DNA of 63,904 bases, the filler included, from Octopus bimaculoides (lineage: Eukaryota), in NCBI RefSeq assembly GCF_001194135.2. It is 7 parts of 6 records of this genome, joined end to end, with 100 filler letters (N's around TTAATTAATTAA, not from the genome) between each part and the next. Parts side by side here need not be neighbours in the genome. Positions count along the whole stretch, not along the records: positions 1 to 9,303 come from NC_068985.1; positions 9,404 to 26,826 come from NC_069004.1; 5 more parts are not named here. One strand, written 5' to 3'. How positions within the stretch are numbered: the first letter of the stretch is position 1; the number at the start of each line of letters is the position of its first letter. Positions 1-12,110 of the stretch are shown here, piece after piece. The notes under the pieces were generated by a model. The model was not told the origin of the DNA. It was given only the letters and a program-made list of their open reading frames with translations, and made no database searches. Both the position numbers and the translations under genes were made by a program.

Positions 1-182
1 ATATATATGTGTGTGTGTGTGTGTATGTATGTATTTGAAAAGATTAACAAAGACAACAGAAAATTCGCAGCCAGATCCTCATCAGTCAACGTCCAAAAGA
101 ACCTTACAATTTCTTGCATTTTATGCATTGGAGAAACAGGATGGAGAGACAGATAGACAGACAATCAGAGAGACAGGCAGTG

Positions 183-262
<80 letters not shown>
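183..262. repeat. (AGAT)n microsatellite
   Basis: Uninterrupted AGAT tandem array. Confidence 0.95.
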
Positions 263-263
<1 letters not shown>

Positions 264-369
264 CGACAAAATGCAAACCAGATCACAAACCAGATCACAG
301 CAAGAAATACCCGAAGAGTATGTACAGAGAACACTCTAACTGCTGCAGTTTAGAATGAATACTGGCATT

Positions 370-600
370 ATTTAACTGTCTGATTCACTACGGCTGGGGC
401 CCATCTTTCTTTCCCCATCACCTCTCTCATCGTCACTGTCCGCTGTTACGTTTCTTAGCGAACAAAGCGTCTCAGTTATCCGCTTTCTTTGCTTGTCAGA
501 CGTCTCGCAGCGCATTTCTGGTCGCCATGTCATTCTCACGAGACCGCAATTCTCAACGGTGATTTGTTATTGCTGACACGTGACGCAGTCAATTAGACTG
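370..600. promoter_or_regulatory. CpG-enriched unique segment with clustered factor-like motifs (possible promoter/enhancer)
   Basis: Many CpGs in an AT-rich background; CACGTG at 577-582 overlapping TGACGCA at 581-587; CAGTC-AATTA-GACTG inverted arrangement at 586-600. Confidence 0.25.
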
Positions 601-624
601 ACGTTGAACACACACACACGCGCA

Positions 625-671
<47 letters not shown>

Positions 672-939
672 CACACACATACACACACACGCACACAAAC
701 AAATATGCACACACAACATACACACAAACCACAGACACGTACTTGTACACGCACATAAATACATTCACCAAGGTCTATGATATATATATATACGTGCATA
801 CACACGCATACATATGTATTCATGTATGCATACACACATCACACACACATACACACACACACACACACACACAGGCACATATATATAAGCAAACATACAA
901 ATACATATCCAAAAATTTGTATGAAAGTATATGCACATA

Positions 940-973
<34 letters not shown>

Positions 974-1150
974 TGTGCGCATGTGTGTGTGCACGCCTGT
1001 TTGTGCGTATGTATTTGCGTGTATGTGCGTGTATCTGTCTATGTATATATACACTAAAAGGCCTGCACAAGACGTAATTACGTGTATATGCTCTCTTGCA
1101 CAGACAATTTGAATGGCACCTACGTTAATGTGTGCTTGCTCACATCCACT

Positions 1151-1199
<49 letters not shown>

Positions 1200-1611
1200 G
1201 CAATCTCGGACAGATGTGCACAGAAACATCCAGACATAGAAACTATATAGATGCACATAACATCCACTATTGCAGCCGATCATTTTCCACGCATCTGTTT
1301 CAAAGAGCATTATGTACACCACTTCACAAATTATAATCCCCACTTGTATCGAATATGTCCCCAATACAACACCAAAACAACCCATCATATATACACGACA
1401 CGCTCTTCGTAATTTTTTCGAGATTTTGCCGAGCCAGAAGAGCAGAAGAGATTGAGGTTATCGATGCTATAAAGATATTGTATTGCCATTTTTTGTGTTC
1501 AATGATAACGCTCTCTCTGTCTCTGTCTCTGCTATTTCTCACCCTCTCTCTCTGCTCTCTTTATCTCTTCGACTTTCTCTCTCTCTCTCTCTCTGTATGT
1601 ATGTATGTATG

Positions 1612-1642
<31 letters not shown>

Positions 1643-1643
<1 letters not shown>

Positions 1644-2033
1644 TTCTTTTATTTTATTTGTTTCAGTCATTTCACTGCAGCCATGCTGGAGCACTGCCTT
1701 TAGTCGAATGACTCGAGCCCAGGACTTATTCTTCGTAAGCCTAGTACTTATCCTATCGATCTCTTTTGCCGAACCGTTAAGTTACGAGCTCGTAAACACA
1801 CTGACATTGGTTGTCAAGTGACAGTGAGGGGACAAACAGACAGACAGACAGACAGACACATACACACATACACGCGCACACACACGCACACAAATGTACA
1901 CACACATATACATATACGACGGGCTTCTTTCAGTTTTCGTCGACCAAATCCACTCACAAGGCCTTGTTCAGTCCGAGGCTATAGTAGAAGACACTTGCCT
2001 AAGGTGCAACACAGTGGGACTGAACCCGGGGCC
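1643..2033 (-). mobile_element. tRNA-derived SINE, family C (bipartite, internal microsatellite)
   Basis: Reverse complement matches the copies at 27026, 29831 and 61167 (GGTTCAGTCCCACTG..CCTTRGGCAAGTGTCTTCTACTAT) and the 3' half of the 29831 copy; (CAGA)/(CA) repeats lie between the halves. Confidence 0.8.
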
Positions 2034-2635
2034 ATATATATGTATATAGGGAGCTGGCACTCTGGACAAAATACTTAGCGGCATTTCACGTATATGTGTG
2101 TGGGTGCGTGTGCGTGTGTGCGTGTATGCGTGTGAGTGTGTTCATATCTTTCATCGTTAGTAATCGCCGAAGTCTGTAAACATGGGCGATGCTCGGGTGA
2201 TCTTTGAATGAAATTCTTTGCACCGTGTTACAGACGTCCCTTTATTCATCTCGCAGTCAGAAATATAGCGAGTCAGTAGTTGACAGATCGGAAGCTTGTA
2301 ACCAGCGATACTATATTTAATGTAAATAAATAGCACATAAATAGATTATGGAGTCAATTTAATCGATTGTTCCCACTTTCGAAATTGGTGACCTTGTGGC
2401 ATCGATATAAATCAATATTTCTAAATATTTGATAAGTGAATATTAAACGTCTATCGCACATCATCAAACATTGCTTAATCGTCTTACCTAACAGGAATGA
2501 ACCGTTCATCAAGTGCGAGCTGTGACATTGTTGTACTTGATAAGGTCTGTGAAATTAATGTGATTACAAGGGAGATCGTGTATAATTGGAGGCAAGTTTA
2601 GTGTGTATAGATTATCCTTATCATCATTACATTCG

Positions 2636-3009
2636 GTGGAGGCGCAATGGCCCAGTGGTTAGGGCAGCGGACTCGCGGTCATAGGATCGCGGTTTCGATT
2701 CCCAGACCGGGCGTTGTGAGTGTTTATTGAGTGAAAACACCTAAAGCCCCACGAGGCTCCGACAGGGGATGGTGGCGAACCCTGCTGTACACTTTCACCA
2801 CAACTTTCTCTCACTCTTACTTCCTGTTTCTGTTGTGCCGGTAATTCACACTATGTCACGCTGAATATCCCTGAGAACTACGTTAAGGGTACACGTGTCT
2901 GTGGAGTGCTCAGCCACTTGCACGTTAATTTCACGAGCAGGCTTTTCCGTTGATCGGATTAACTGGAACCCTCGACGCCGTAAGCGACGGAGTGCCAACA
3001 ACAACAACA
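2636..3009 (+). mobile_element. tRNA-derived SINE, family A
   Basis: A-box TGGCCCAGTGG, B-box-like GGTTTCGATTCC, (CAA)n tail; a close inverted copy lies at 15873-16255. Confidence 0.9.
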
Positions 3010-3651
3010 TTATATTCGAGAAAGAAGAGCTCGCATGAAGCCTTGCCTATACACCGTGGGAGTAGTTATCTTAGTAAGAACATTTATGACTGAAATATGC
3101 TAAATTTCTCTAAAAGGTAAAGAACTCTAGTATGGCGAGTGGCTCCGAGAAACTGTTATGACATGGGCATACACGTCTGATGTAAAATGGTATTACATAA
3201 ATAGATAGTTGGGTGTGGTTATCTAAAAATAACCTATTACAGAATAATATATGTTAACACAGAATGCACTCCGTACTACCCGAACGTAAAAACGATATTC
3301 AGTATTTCACTGTATAACTACTGACTGTTAAACCAACACACGTCGAACTAACACGGTTAACGTACACAGTAGAACTAACACCGTCAACTACTGTTCCTTA
3401 GGCACAAAGGCCCGAACACAGAGGACGGTACAAGGACAAACGACACGAGTGGGACATAAGACATAAAAGAATGAATGAAAATGAATTATAAATAAATGAT
3501 AATGCGATGGCTACTCGAATCCCACTCTCGAGCAGTACCATCTAATTGTTCTTTATCAAAGTTTTTATATCTTCTTTTTTCTTGGTAGCACGTGTGTAGT
3601 CTTTCCGTTTTTTTTTTCCTGTTTTATAATATTAAAATTTACTTACATATT

Positions 3652-4104
3652 TTACCAGTTTATATACGGTTTCAAATCGTCATAGTCCACGACTGGAGGT
3701 AGGGCATCATATGCCACCTCCACTCCTAATGGGTCCATGTTTAACCCGAACAATTCCTTTAATTTAGCATATCTTTCCTTGTCTATTAACATACATTTAG
3801 TGTTTTCTGTATAATCCTCAGCCGGCAATTTCACTCTAATCACCGATTAGTACTTGGTGATTTTTCGTTCAATTGCCGTGCTTTTTGTGTACGTCATCAT
3901 ATACGCTTTATTTTTACTGGGCCTTTTGAGGGACTGCTCCTGACAGTTCACTCTGTTGTCATTTTTTGTAATCGGTTAGTCTATCTTCAGTTATGTGAAA
4001 GTGTTCAGGATTCTCCCATAACAGAATCCATTATCCTGGTGCAGTAATATGCAGACTGGATTTTTTTCTCTTAATTTACTAAAGAGATCGAACGTGAATA
4101 AATT
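3652..4104 (-). pseudogene. Possible decayed coding frame of unknown origin
   Basis: 151-codon single frame with three internal TAA stops, non-repetitive, ending ...RYAKLKELFGLNMDPLGVEVAYDALPPVVDYDDLKPYINW*. No family recognised. Confidence 0.3.
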
Positions 4105-5390
4105 TTAAGGTTTAAGTTACCGAGTGAAACATTGAATTGTCTGGACTCTAGGGAATTATACTCGTATACCATATTCTTGGACGTTGCTGAATGTCGGTAG
4201 ATAACAGATTTTGTTATTTCTAAAGAGAAAACCAAGAAATTTCCACACTATTTTATTAATACTGAAATATTTTTGTCAATATATTTGAGTGTCAGTTATT
4301 TATCACAAAGGAAACTATACAGTTTGTAGACTCACGATAGTCTGCAAATAGTTTACTGAATATTCCGCCAAGTCTGAATTGTATTTGAAGCAATCTTTCT
4401 TTGAAATATTCCATCATTATTCATTTTCTTAAAAATTTAAAATTCAATCCATATCTTTGTTACATATAACATTGTATTTTGTTTTGCGGTTACATCATGC
4501 AATCTAGAAATATATGACCTTGGTGATACACTTTTGGTTATATTCTGCAATCAACATTATGTTTATAGTATCTTAATGAATAATTAGGTTAAAATAGCGA
4601 AATGATATATTAAAATGATTTTATCGATTTTATGCTCTCCTTACAACTCTCGCCTAGGGTGATATAAAACGTGAATGCTTTACCGAACATCTATCGGGTG
4701 CAGACAAATTCTAGCGCTATATCCTCGGTTACAGTTCATGGACAGAACTGTTTCAGTTCTTAATATCGTAAATAAACCTTTGGAAAAGCAGGACACAATT
4801 TCCATCTCATTTGAAGTTAATGAACCTTGGGCAAAGCAGGATACAATTTTGTATAATTTGTAGTCTATGAATCTAATCACTCACTTATGAAATGTCAGAC
4901 ATAAGATGTATGCATATGTAAATATCTAGATAGATGTCAGTTAATACTATTTATCACTCTTGCTTGAAATAGCATCGTATTGATTCTTGCAAAAGAAATC
5001 ATTATTACTTGTTTTTTTTTTGGGCTGAGTGTAAAACGGATCATGTGACGATAATTTTTGTTTGCAGTGAAGTTATTTTACCCGTTTCTTACTTTGACTA
5101 GTTTTACGTATACTATCATATACTGTAGTGTGTTGGAACTTATCCCAGTTTTTAAAACAACAAGTGTTTGAGAGATTTCTTTTCTTTTTTATCGATGCAC
5201 CAATCTGTTGCAGGACTCACCCAAGGGACGATCTGAGTTCAACCTTCAAGCTAACGAAACATCTGACTGCTCTGTCTCATTTCGTATACTATAAAAACTA
5301 TATCCTAAGAGTCTACCCCCTCTAAAGCTTTTAAGGGCTAGTATTTATTCCAGTTCTTTGTAACAGATGGTATCTTTCTCTCTATGGAAT

Positions 5391-5586
5391 AAGGAGCTAA
5401 CAGAATCATTAGCACGTTGAACAACATGCTTTGTAGCATTTCTTTCGGTTCTTTACCCTCTGAGTTCAAATCTCGCCGAGATCTATTTTGCTTTCCATTC
5501 CTTCGAGGTCAATGAAATATTGTAGCAGTCAAGCACTGATGTCGATGTAATCGAATTGTCCCCTTCCATCAAAATTGTAGGCCTTG
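5391..5586 (+). mobile_element. tRNA-derived SINE, family B (diverged)
   Basis: GAGCT..CAGAATCATTAGCA head, GAGTTCAAATC B-box, GTCGATGTAATCGA core shared with the 7691 and 52126 copies. Confidence 0.75.
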
Positions 5587-5684
5587 AATCTTGCAGAGGG
5601 AATCTTCAGATCTCGGTCACTTACACGCCATGGAAACCTGGTAACTAGCCTTATGAGTCGTAATGATACAGAGAGAGAGAGAGA

Positions 5685-5721
<37 letters not shown>

Positions 5722-7219
5722 NNNNNNNNNNNNNNNNNNNNNNNNNNNNNNNNNNNNNNNNNNNNNNNNNNNNNNNNNNNNNNNNNNNNNNNNNNNNNNN
5801 NNNNNNNNNNNNNNNNNNNNNNNNNNNNNNNNNNNNNNNNNNNNNNNNNNNNNNNNNNNNNNNNNNNNNNNNNNNNNNNNNNNNNNNNNNNNNNNNNNNN
5901 NNNNNNNNNNNNNNNNNNNNNNNNNNNNNNNNNNNNNNNNNNNNNNNNNNNNNNNNNNNNNNNNNNNNNNNNNNNNNNNNNNNNNNNNNNNNNNNNNNNN
6001 NNNNNNNNNNNNNNNNNNNNNNNNNNNNNNNNNNNNNNNNNNNNNNNNNNNNNNNNNNNNNNNNNNNNNNNNNNNNNNNNNNNNNNNNNNNNNNNNNNNN
6101 NNNNNNNNNNNNNNNNNNNNNNNNNNNNNNNNNNNNNNNNNNNNNNNNNNNNNNNNNNNNNNNNNNNNNNNNNNNNNNNNNNNNNNNNNNNNNNNNNNNN
6201 NNNNNNNNNNNNNNNNNNNNNNNNNNNNNNNNNNNNNNNNNNNNNNNNNNNNNNNNNNNNNNNNNNNNNNNNNNNNNNNNNNNNNNNNNNNNNNNNNNNN
6301 NNNNNNNNNNNNNNNNNNNNNNNNNNNNNNNNNNNNNNNNNNNNNNNNNNNNNNNNNNNNNNNNNNNNNNNNNNNNNNNNNNNNNNNNNNNNNNNNNNNN
6401 NNNNNNNNNNNNNNNNNNNNNNNNNNNNNNNNNNNNNNNNNNNNNNNNNNNNNNNNNNNNNNNNNNNNNNNNNNNNNNNNNNNNNNNNNNNNNNNNNNNN
6501 NNNNNNNNNNNNNNNNNNNNNNNNNNNNNNNNNNNNNNNNNNNNNNNNNNNNNNNNNNNNNNNNNNNNNNNNNNNNNNNNNNNNNNNNNNNNNNNNNNNN
6601 NNNNNNNNNNNNNNNNNNNNNNNNNNNNNNNNNNNNNNNNNNNNNNNNNNNNNNNNNNNNNNNNNNNNNNNNNNNNNNNNNNNNNNNNNNNGCCCTCCCT
6701 CTCTGCCCTCCCTCTCTGCCCTCCCTCCTCTCTCCCCCTCTTTCTTCTCTCTGCCTCTCTCTCTCTGTCTCTCTCTCTCTCTCTCTTGCCTCTTCTGTCT
6801 TAGGACGGCTGCTTCTCATCAATAACTTCTACAACAACAGTGATAGTAACAACATCGGAAGCAATTATTACTCACTATCATAACCACAGCCGCAGCAAGT
6901 GTAATATCATAACATCCTCATCATCATCATCATCAGCAGCAGCAGCAGCACCCCCCCACCACCTATACCAATGACAGCTACAAGGGCAACAACAACATCA
7001 GTAGTAATTATGACCGCATCGAAAACAAGGAAAATATTCGCGTGATTAGAGATGCCAAAATTTGTATCGCTGATGATACTGCTGGTGGTGGTGGTGGTGG
7101 TGTTGGTGTTGATGATGATGATGGTGATGATGATGATGATGACGACGACGACGATTTTGATATTGTTGCAGTCGCTGATGATGGTAATAACGATAATGAT
7201 ATTATTGAAAGAGGAACGG

Positions 7220-7220
<1 letters not shown>

Positions 7221-7264
<44 letters not shown>

Positions 7265-7582
7265 TATTATTTAAAAAAAAAATTTTCTCTTTATCACAAG
7301 TTTTGTTGGAGCTCCTGGAGTCTTGCACGCGTAGCGGACTTACTTCCAGCAACCCACGGTACCATGCTATTCGTTCTTTTCAGCTATCTGATACTTTCCT
7401 GATTATACTGGCCATGCCCAGGAGGCAAACCTTTTCTAGCAGTTCCACAGGGCACTCTATTCCAATTTTCTTTATATTCCCCTTGATGCCTTCTGAAACT
7501 ATTTCCAAGGACCCAACTATAATTGGTACTATCTTCACTTTCTTCATTTTCAATAGCCGGGCTGTTTCGTACTTAAGAGGGT

Positions 7583-7584
<2 letters not shown>
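7221..7584 (-). mobile_element. 5'-truncated R4/Dong-like (RLE-type) non-LTR retrotransposon 3' end with (TAA)n tail
   Basis: Minus frame NPLKYETARLLKMKKVKIVPIIVGSLEIVSEGIKGNIKKIGIECPVELLEKVCLLGMASIIRKVSDS* (stop at 7380-7382) resembles the V-P-I-I-V-G-x-L-G C-terminus of RLE LINEs; followed by a 3' UTR and the TAA array at 7221-7270. Confidence 0.7.
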
Positions 7585-7659
<75 letters not shown>

Positions 7660-7690
7660 TCGTCTTTCTTCTTGACTATTCGTGGGTCAA

Positions 7691-7904
7691 AGCAGTGAGC
7701 TGGCAGAATCATTAGCATGCCGGACAAAATACTTACCAGCATTTCTTCCGGTTTTACATTCTGAGTTCAAATTCCTCCAAGGTCGACCTTGCCTTTCATC
7801 CTTCCGGGATCGATAAAATAAGTACCAGTTGAACAGTAGGGTCGATGTAATCGACTCATCTCCTCCCCCAAAATTACTGCCCTTGTAGCAAAATTTGAAA
7901 CCAT
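7691..7904 (+). mobile_element. tRNA-derived SINE, family B
   Basis: GAGCTGGCAGAATCATTAGCA head, GAGTTCAAATTCC B-box, GATAAAATAAGTACCAGTTG..GTCGATGTAATCGAC core. Confidence 0.85.
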
Positions 7905-7906
7905 TA

Positions 7907-7959
<53 letters not shown>

Positions 7960-7982
7960 GTTATTATTATTATTATTATTAT

Positions 7983-8354
7983 TTTATGTTTGACTTTTGT
8001 TTTGCATTTGTACAAGTTGGATCCAAGTCTCACCCAGAGACCTCAAGAGACACCAAGTTAGAAGTTCATGTAGGTGCTATGCCTAGGGTACCATATATTT
8101 GGATTTGTACAGTGTTGTTCTAGAGAATGTTTAAGAAACCATAAGAAAATAATGTGTTTGTTTTAAAATTTGAGATCACATAGACAGTATTTTACGTAGG
8201 ATATGGGCAGTTCCCATGAGCACTATCTTTTGAACTTCAGCCATTTTGAGGTTTCCTGGTATCTGAGCTAGGTAGTAATCAGCCTGTTTCGCTGTCATTC
8301 CCAGGGCACCTATGACAATAGGTATTGTTTTAGTCTTAGGTATTGTTTTAGTCT
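7983..8354 (-). mobile_element. 5'-truncated R4/Dong-like non-LTR retrotransposon 3' end inside a (TAA)n microsatellite
   Basis: Minus frame TKTIPIVIGALGMTAKQADYYLAQIPGNLKMAEVQKIVLMGTAHILRKILSM* (stop at 8176-8178); (TTA)n on both flanks (7905-7982 and 8356-8380). Confidence 0.8.
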
Positions 8355-9134
8355 GATTATTATTATTATTATTATTATTATGACGACAAAGATGACGACT
8401 GCGACGGTGAGGAAGAGGACGACGACAATGTTGATGATGAATGATATCGACAATGAAAGAGAAACAAGGGTAAAGGAGGACGTGATTGAGGATGATAAAT
8501 GGTCGACAATTTTGCCAGCTAATCTGCCGTCGTCTCGCTCACACTTTTCTCAGCACACAACTCGTGAACATCACGACTAACATGCACAGACGCACGATCG
8601 TATGTTCTCACCCGAAGCCACACATACATACATACATACAGAGAGAGAGAGAGAGAGAAGGAGGGAGAGAGAGAGGGAGATAACCGGAGAAGGAGACGGT
8701 CGGAGGAAGAGAGGGGGAAAAGAGAGAGACCTAAATTGCTTTCTTTCAATTATTCTCGCAGTAAATAATGGCGGCAAATCTTATCAAAATATATCGTCTA
8801 TTATTATTCTCATATTTATTTTTCTCTCTGTCACTTCCATTAACTTCTTATTCTTGAGACCCTACTTAAATACCTACCAACATACCTACCAACAAAACTA
8901 ACTACCTATATATACACATGCATATATATACATATATACACTCAGTGTATGTATGTGTATGAATGTGTGTGCGTGTATATGTGAATGCGTGTGTGTATGC
9001 ATGTGTGTATGTATATATGTGTGTATGTCATACACACTCATACATACACGCACATACATCCGTATGTACGTACATACATACATACGTTCATACATGCATA
9101 CTATACTCTCATAAATCTACTTTAATGCGTTTAC

Positions 9135-9300
9135 AGGTTTCAGTCACTGGACTACGGCCATACGAAGGTTCTTCCTCCAACGACTTTTGTCGAATCATAT
9201 CGCCCCTAAGACTTGTGCCAATCTAGGATTTAGTATATCGAAGTCTAGTTGCTGAACCGATAAGCTTAGGGACAAAAGCAGGCACATAATCAAACGCACA
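9135..9300 (-). mobile_element. Degraded 3' half of a family C SINE
   Basis: TTTCAGTCACTGGACTACGGCCAT..CTGAACCGATAAGCTTAGGGAC parallels 1660-1800. Confidence 0.5.
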
Positions 9301-9403
9301 CTCNNNNNNNNNNNNNNNNNNNNNNNNNNNNNNNNNNNNNNNNNNNNTTAATTAATTAANNNNNNNNNNNNNNNNNNNNNNNNNNNNNNNNNNNNNNNNN
9401 NNN

Positions 9404-9465
<62 letters not shown>

Positions 9466-9974
9466 GTATATAATACACATACACACACATATATGATATA
9501 TTATATATTTATATATGTATATACATAGATATGTATGTATATATTTATTTACACAAATATATATATATGCATACACACACATTCATGTACACATGCACAC
9601 ACATTGTTTAGATAAACAGATGACAAATTCTATATATGTGTAAATGTACGAATGTATTAATACTCTTAGTACAAACACGTGTATATATAAATAATATGTT
9701 CTGTGTTTACGCATCATAAATATATATAGATGCGTGTGTGTGTGTGTATACGTGTATGTATATGCGTGTGTACGTGTGCGTGCATGTGTGTGTATACATT
9801 ATCAGCGGATACTGTGGTTATCCATACGCAAGCGAGCATGCTATGGTTCTTATTTGTCCAATTTAGGAGCAGAGGAAATAAAAGCCTCAGTATAAATTAA
9901 TGTATATGTATACCAACACACACACACATGCTTTCTCTCTCATACACACATACACAACACACACATTCACGCAG

Positions 9975-10017
<43 letters not shown>

Positions 10018-10202
10018 NNNNNNNNNNNNNNNNNNNNAGTGTGCATGTATATACACATACACACATATAGATATACGTATACATGTATGTTTATAAATGT
10101 ATATATCTGTTTAAACATACATACATATATATACATATATATACACATACATATATATATATATGTGTGTGTTTATACATACATACATATATCTATACAT
10201 GC

Positions 10203-10233
<31 letters not shown>

Positions 10234-10314
10234 TAAACACACATATATATAAATATATATATGGATGCTAGAGTTGCTTGTCTGTAAGTGTATACCTGAA
10301 TGCCTGTGTTTATA

Positions 10315-10414
<100 letters not shown>

Positions 10415-10699
10415 TAGCGAAAAGGGCAACTTAGTCGAATTAGCTATTCGGACAGAAAGCAATCAGAAACAACTAGAGAGATAAGATTAGTTCGGTATTG
10501 AATTGTTGTAGCTTCTGTTTTTAGCCTTAAAACAGCCAGAGGTAGCATTCTCGGGTAGAAACAGTTCTTGTATAGTGTCATTAATGTAATAGACTGCTTA
10601 TCGTTCGGACAATATGGTCAGAAAAGACGAATCAGCCAGTTCACTGCACGCAGCGGCCATTCTCATACAATCTTGGTAATTTCTGGTTGCCATTGTTTG

Positions 10700-11209
10700 T
10701 TTTTTTCCTTCGTTTTCACTCTCCTTTTTCTTTCTCCTCTCTCTTCTTTCTTTCTCATTCTCACTGTTACTATCTATTCCTTTTTCTTTCCCTCCCCCTC
10801 CCCCTCTCTCTCTCAGTCTCTCTTTATTATTATTCTTTTTACTTTCCGTTTCTTTTTCGCTTTCTTTTTTAATTACCCTCTTTTTACTTCTTTTACGTTT
10901 ATTACTTTCGTTCTTTTTTTCTTTCATATTTACTAACTCACTCTCTTTGTTTCATTCGATCAACCCTTCTTTCATTCATTCATTTATTCATTCATTCATT
11001 CATTCTTTCTTTCTTTCTTTCATTCTTTTTTTCTTCGTTTCTTTCTCTATTTCTTTCCTTTCTCTTCTATTTACTCACCTGTATTTGTATATTCTAATCT
11101 CTTTTTCTTATTAACTTCTTTCGCTTTTCTTCCATTTTTATTCTTATTCTCTTTCAGTTATTCGTTTCCAATATTTCATTATAATTCTTTTATGTATCTT
11201 CGTTTTATT

Positions 11210-11261
<52 letters not shown>

Positions 11262-12110
11262 TTGTTTGTTTGTCTATCTCCATTCCGCCATTCCCGCCTG
11301 TCTCTCTATCTGTTTGCCTGTCTGTCTATCACTGTCTTTCTCTCCCTCTCTCTCATTGTCTCTATCTGTCTCTGTCTCTTTCTCTCACTCTTTACCTTTC
11401 TTTCTTTCTTTCTTTCTTTCTTTCATTCTTTCTTTCTTTCTTTCTTTCTTTCTCCTTTGTCTATCTATCTACCTGTCTCTTCCATTTACTCACCTCTCTA
11501 TTCATTGATTCTTTCTTTCCTTTTCGAATTTCCTCGATCCTCCAATAATCTCTCTCTCTCTTTCTCCTCTTTCTCTTCCTCTCTCAGTATCATATCATTT
11601 CTTCCTCCCTTCTTTCTCTACTATCCAACTTCTTTCATTCTTCATTCTTTCAGTATCTATTTATCGCTTGTTTTTTTCTCTCACACTTCTCATCATTCCT
11701 TCACTTATTCTTTTCTTCATTTCTACTTTTCTATCCTTCCTTTCTTTCCTCCCGCTCCCCATCCTTCGTTTCTTTATTTCTTTTCTTCATTCCCTTAATT
11801 CTTTACATTTGTCTTTCATTCCTCATATATCTCCATCAGCTTCTTTCATTTCTCACTCTTTCTTCCACTTTTCTATTTCTTGTCCGTTTTCTTTCATTTA
11901 ATTTCTTTTCTTTCCGTCTTTCTAGTTTCTTCCTTATTTCTCCTCTTTTCATTCTTTTGCTTTTTACTTAACATTCTTTCTTTCGCTCTTAACCCACGCA
12001 ATCTCCCTCACTCACTCTTTTCCACCCACCTCATCTCTCTCTCTCTCTCCCTCTCTCTCAATCTATTTATCCATCTATCTCTCTTTCTTTCTGTATCATT
12101 TCTTAACACG
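10700..12110. repeat. Long C/T-rich low-complexity tract
   Basis: + strand strongly pyrimidine-rich for about 1.4 kb, mixing (CT)n, (TTTC)n, (TATC)n, (TTCA)n and degenerate sequence. Confidence 0.85.

Noticed and set aside
2636-2715. tRNA gene calls for SINE heads (also 25558, 27026, 29831, 35820-36060)
   Set aside because: A- and B-boxes are present but run into SINE bodies, without a complete cloverleaf or T-run terminator.
9348-9359. TTAATTAATTAA flanked by 44 N on each side, recurring at 26871, 37087, 39837, 45450 and 61348; superficially a regularly placed repeat
   Set aside because: Identical 100-bp blocks (44 N + 12 bp + 44 N); the palindromic 12-mer gives stops in all six frames and is an artificial scaffolding spacer, not biology.
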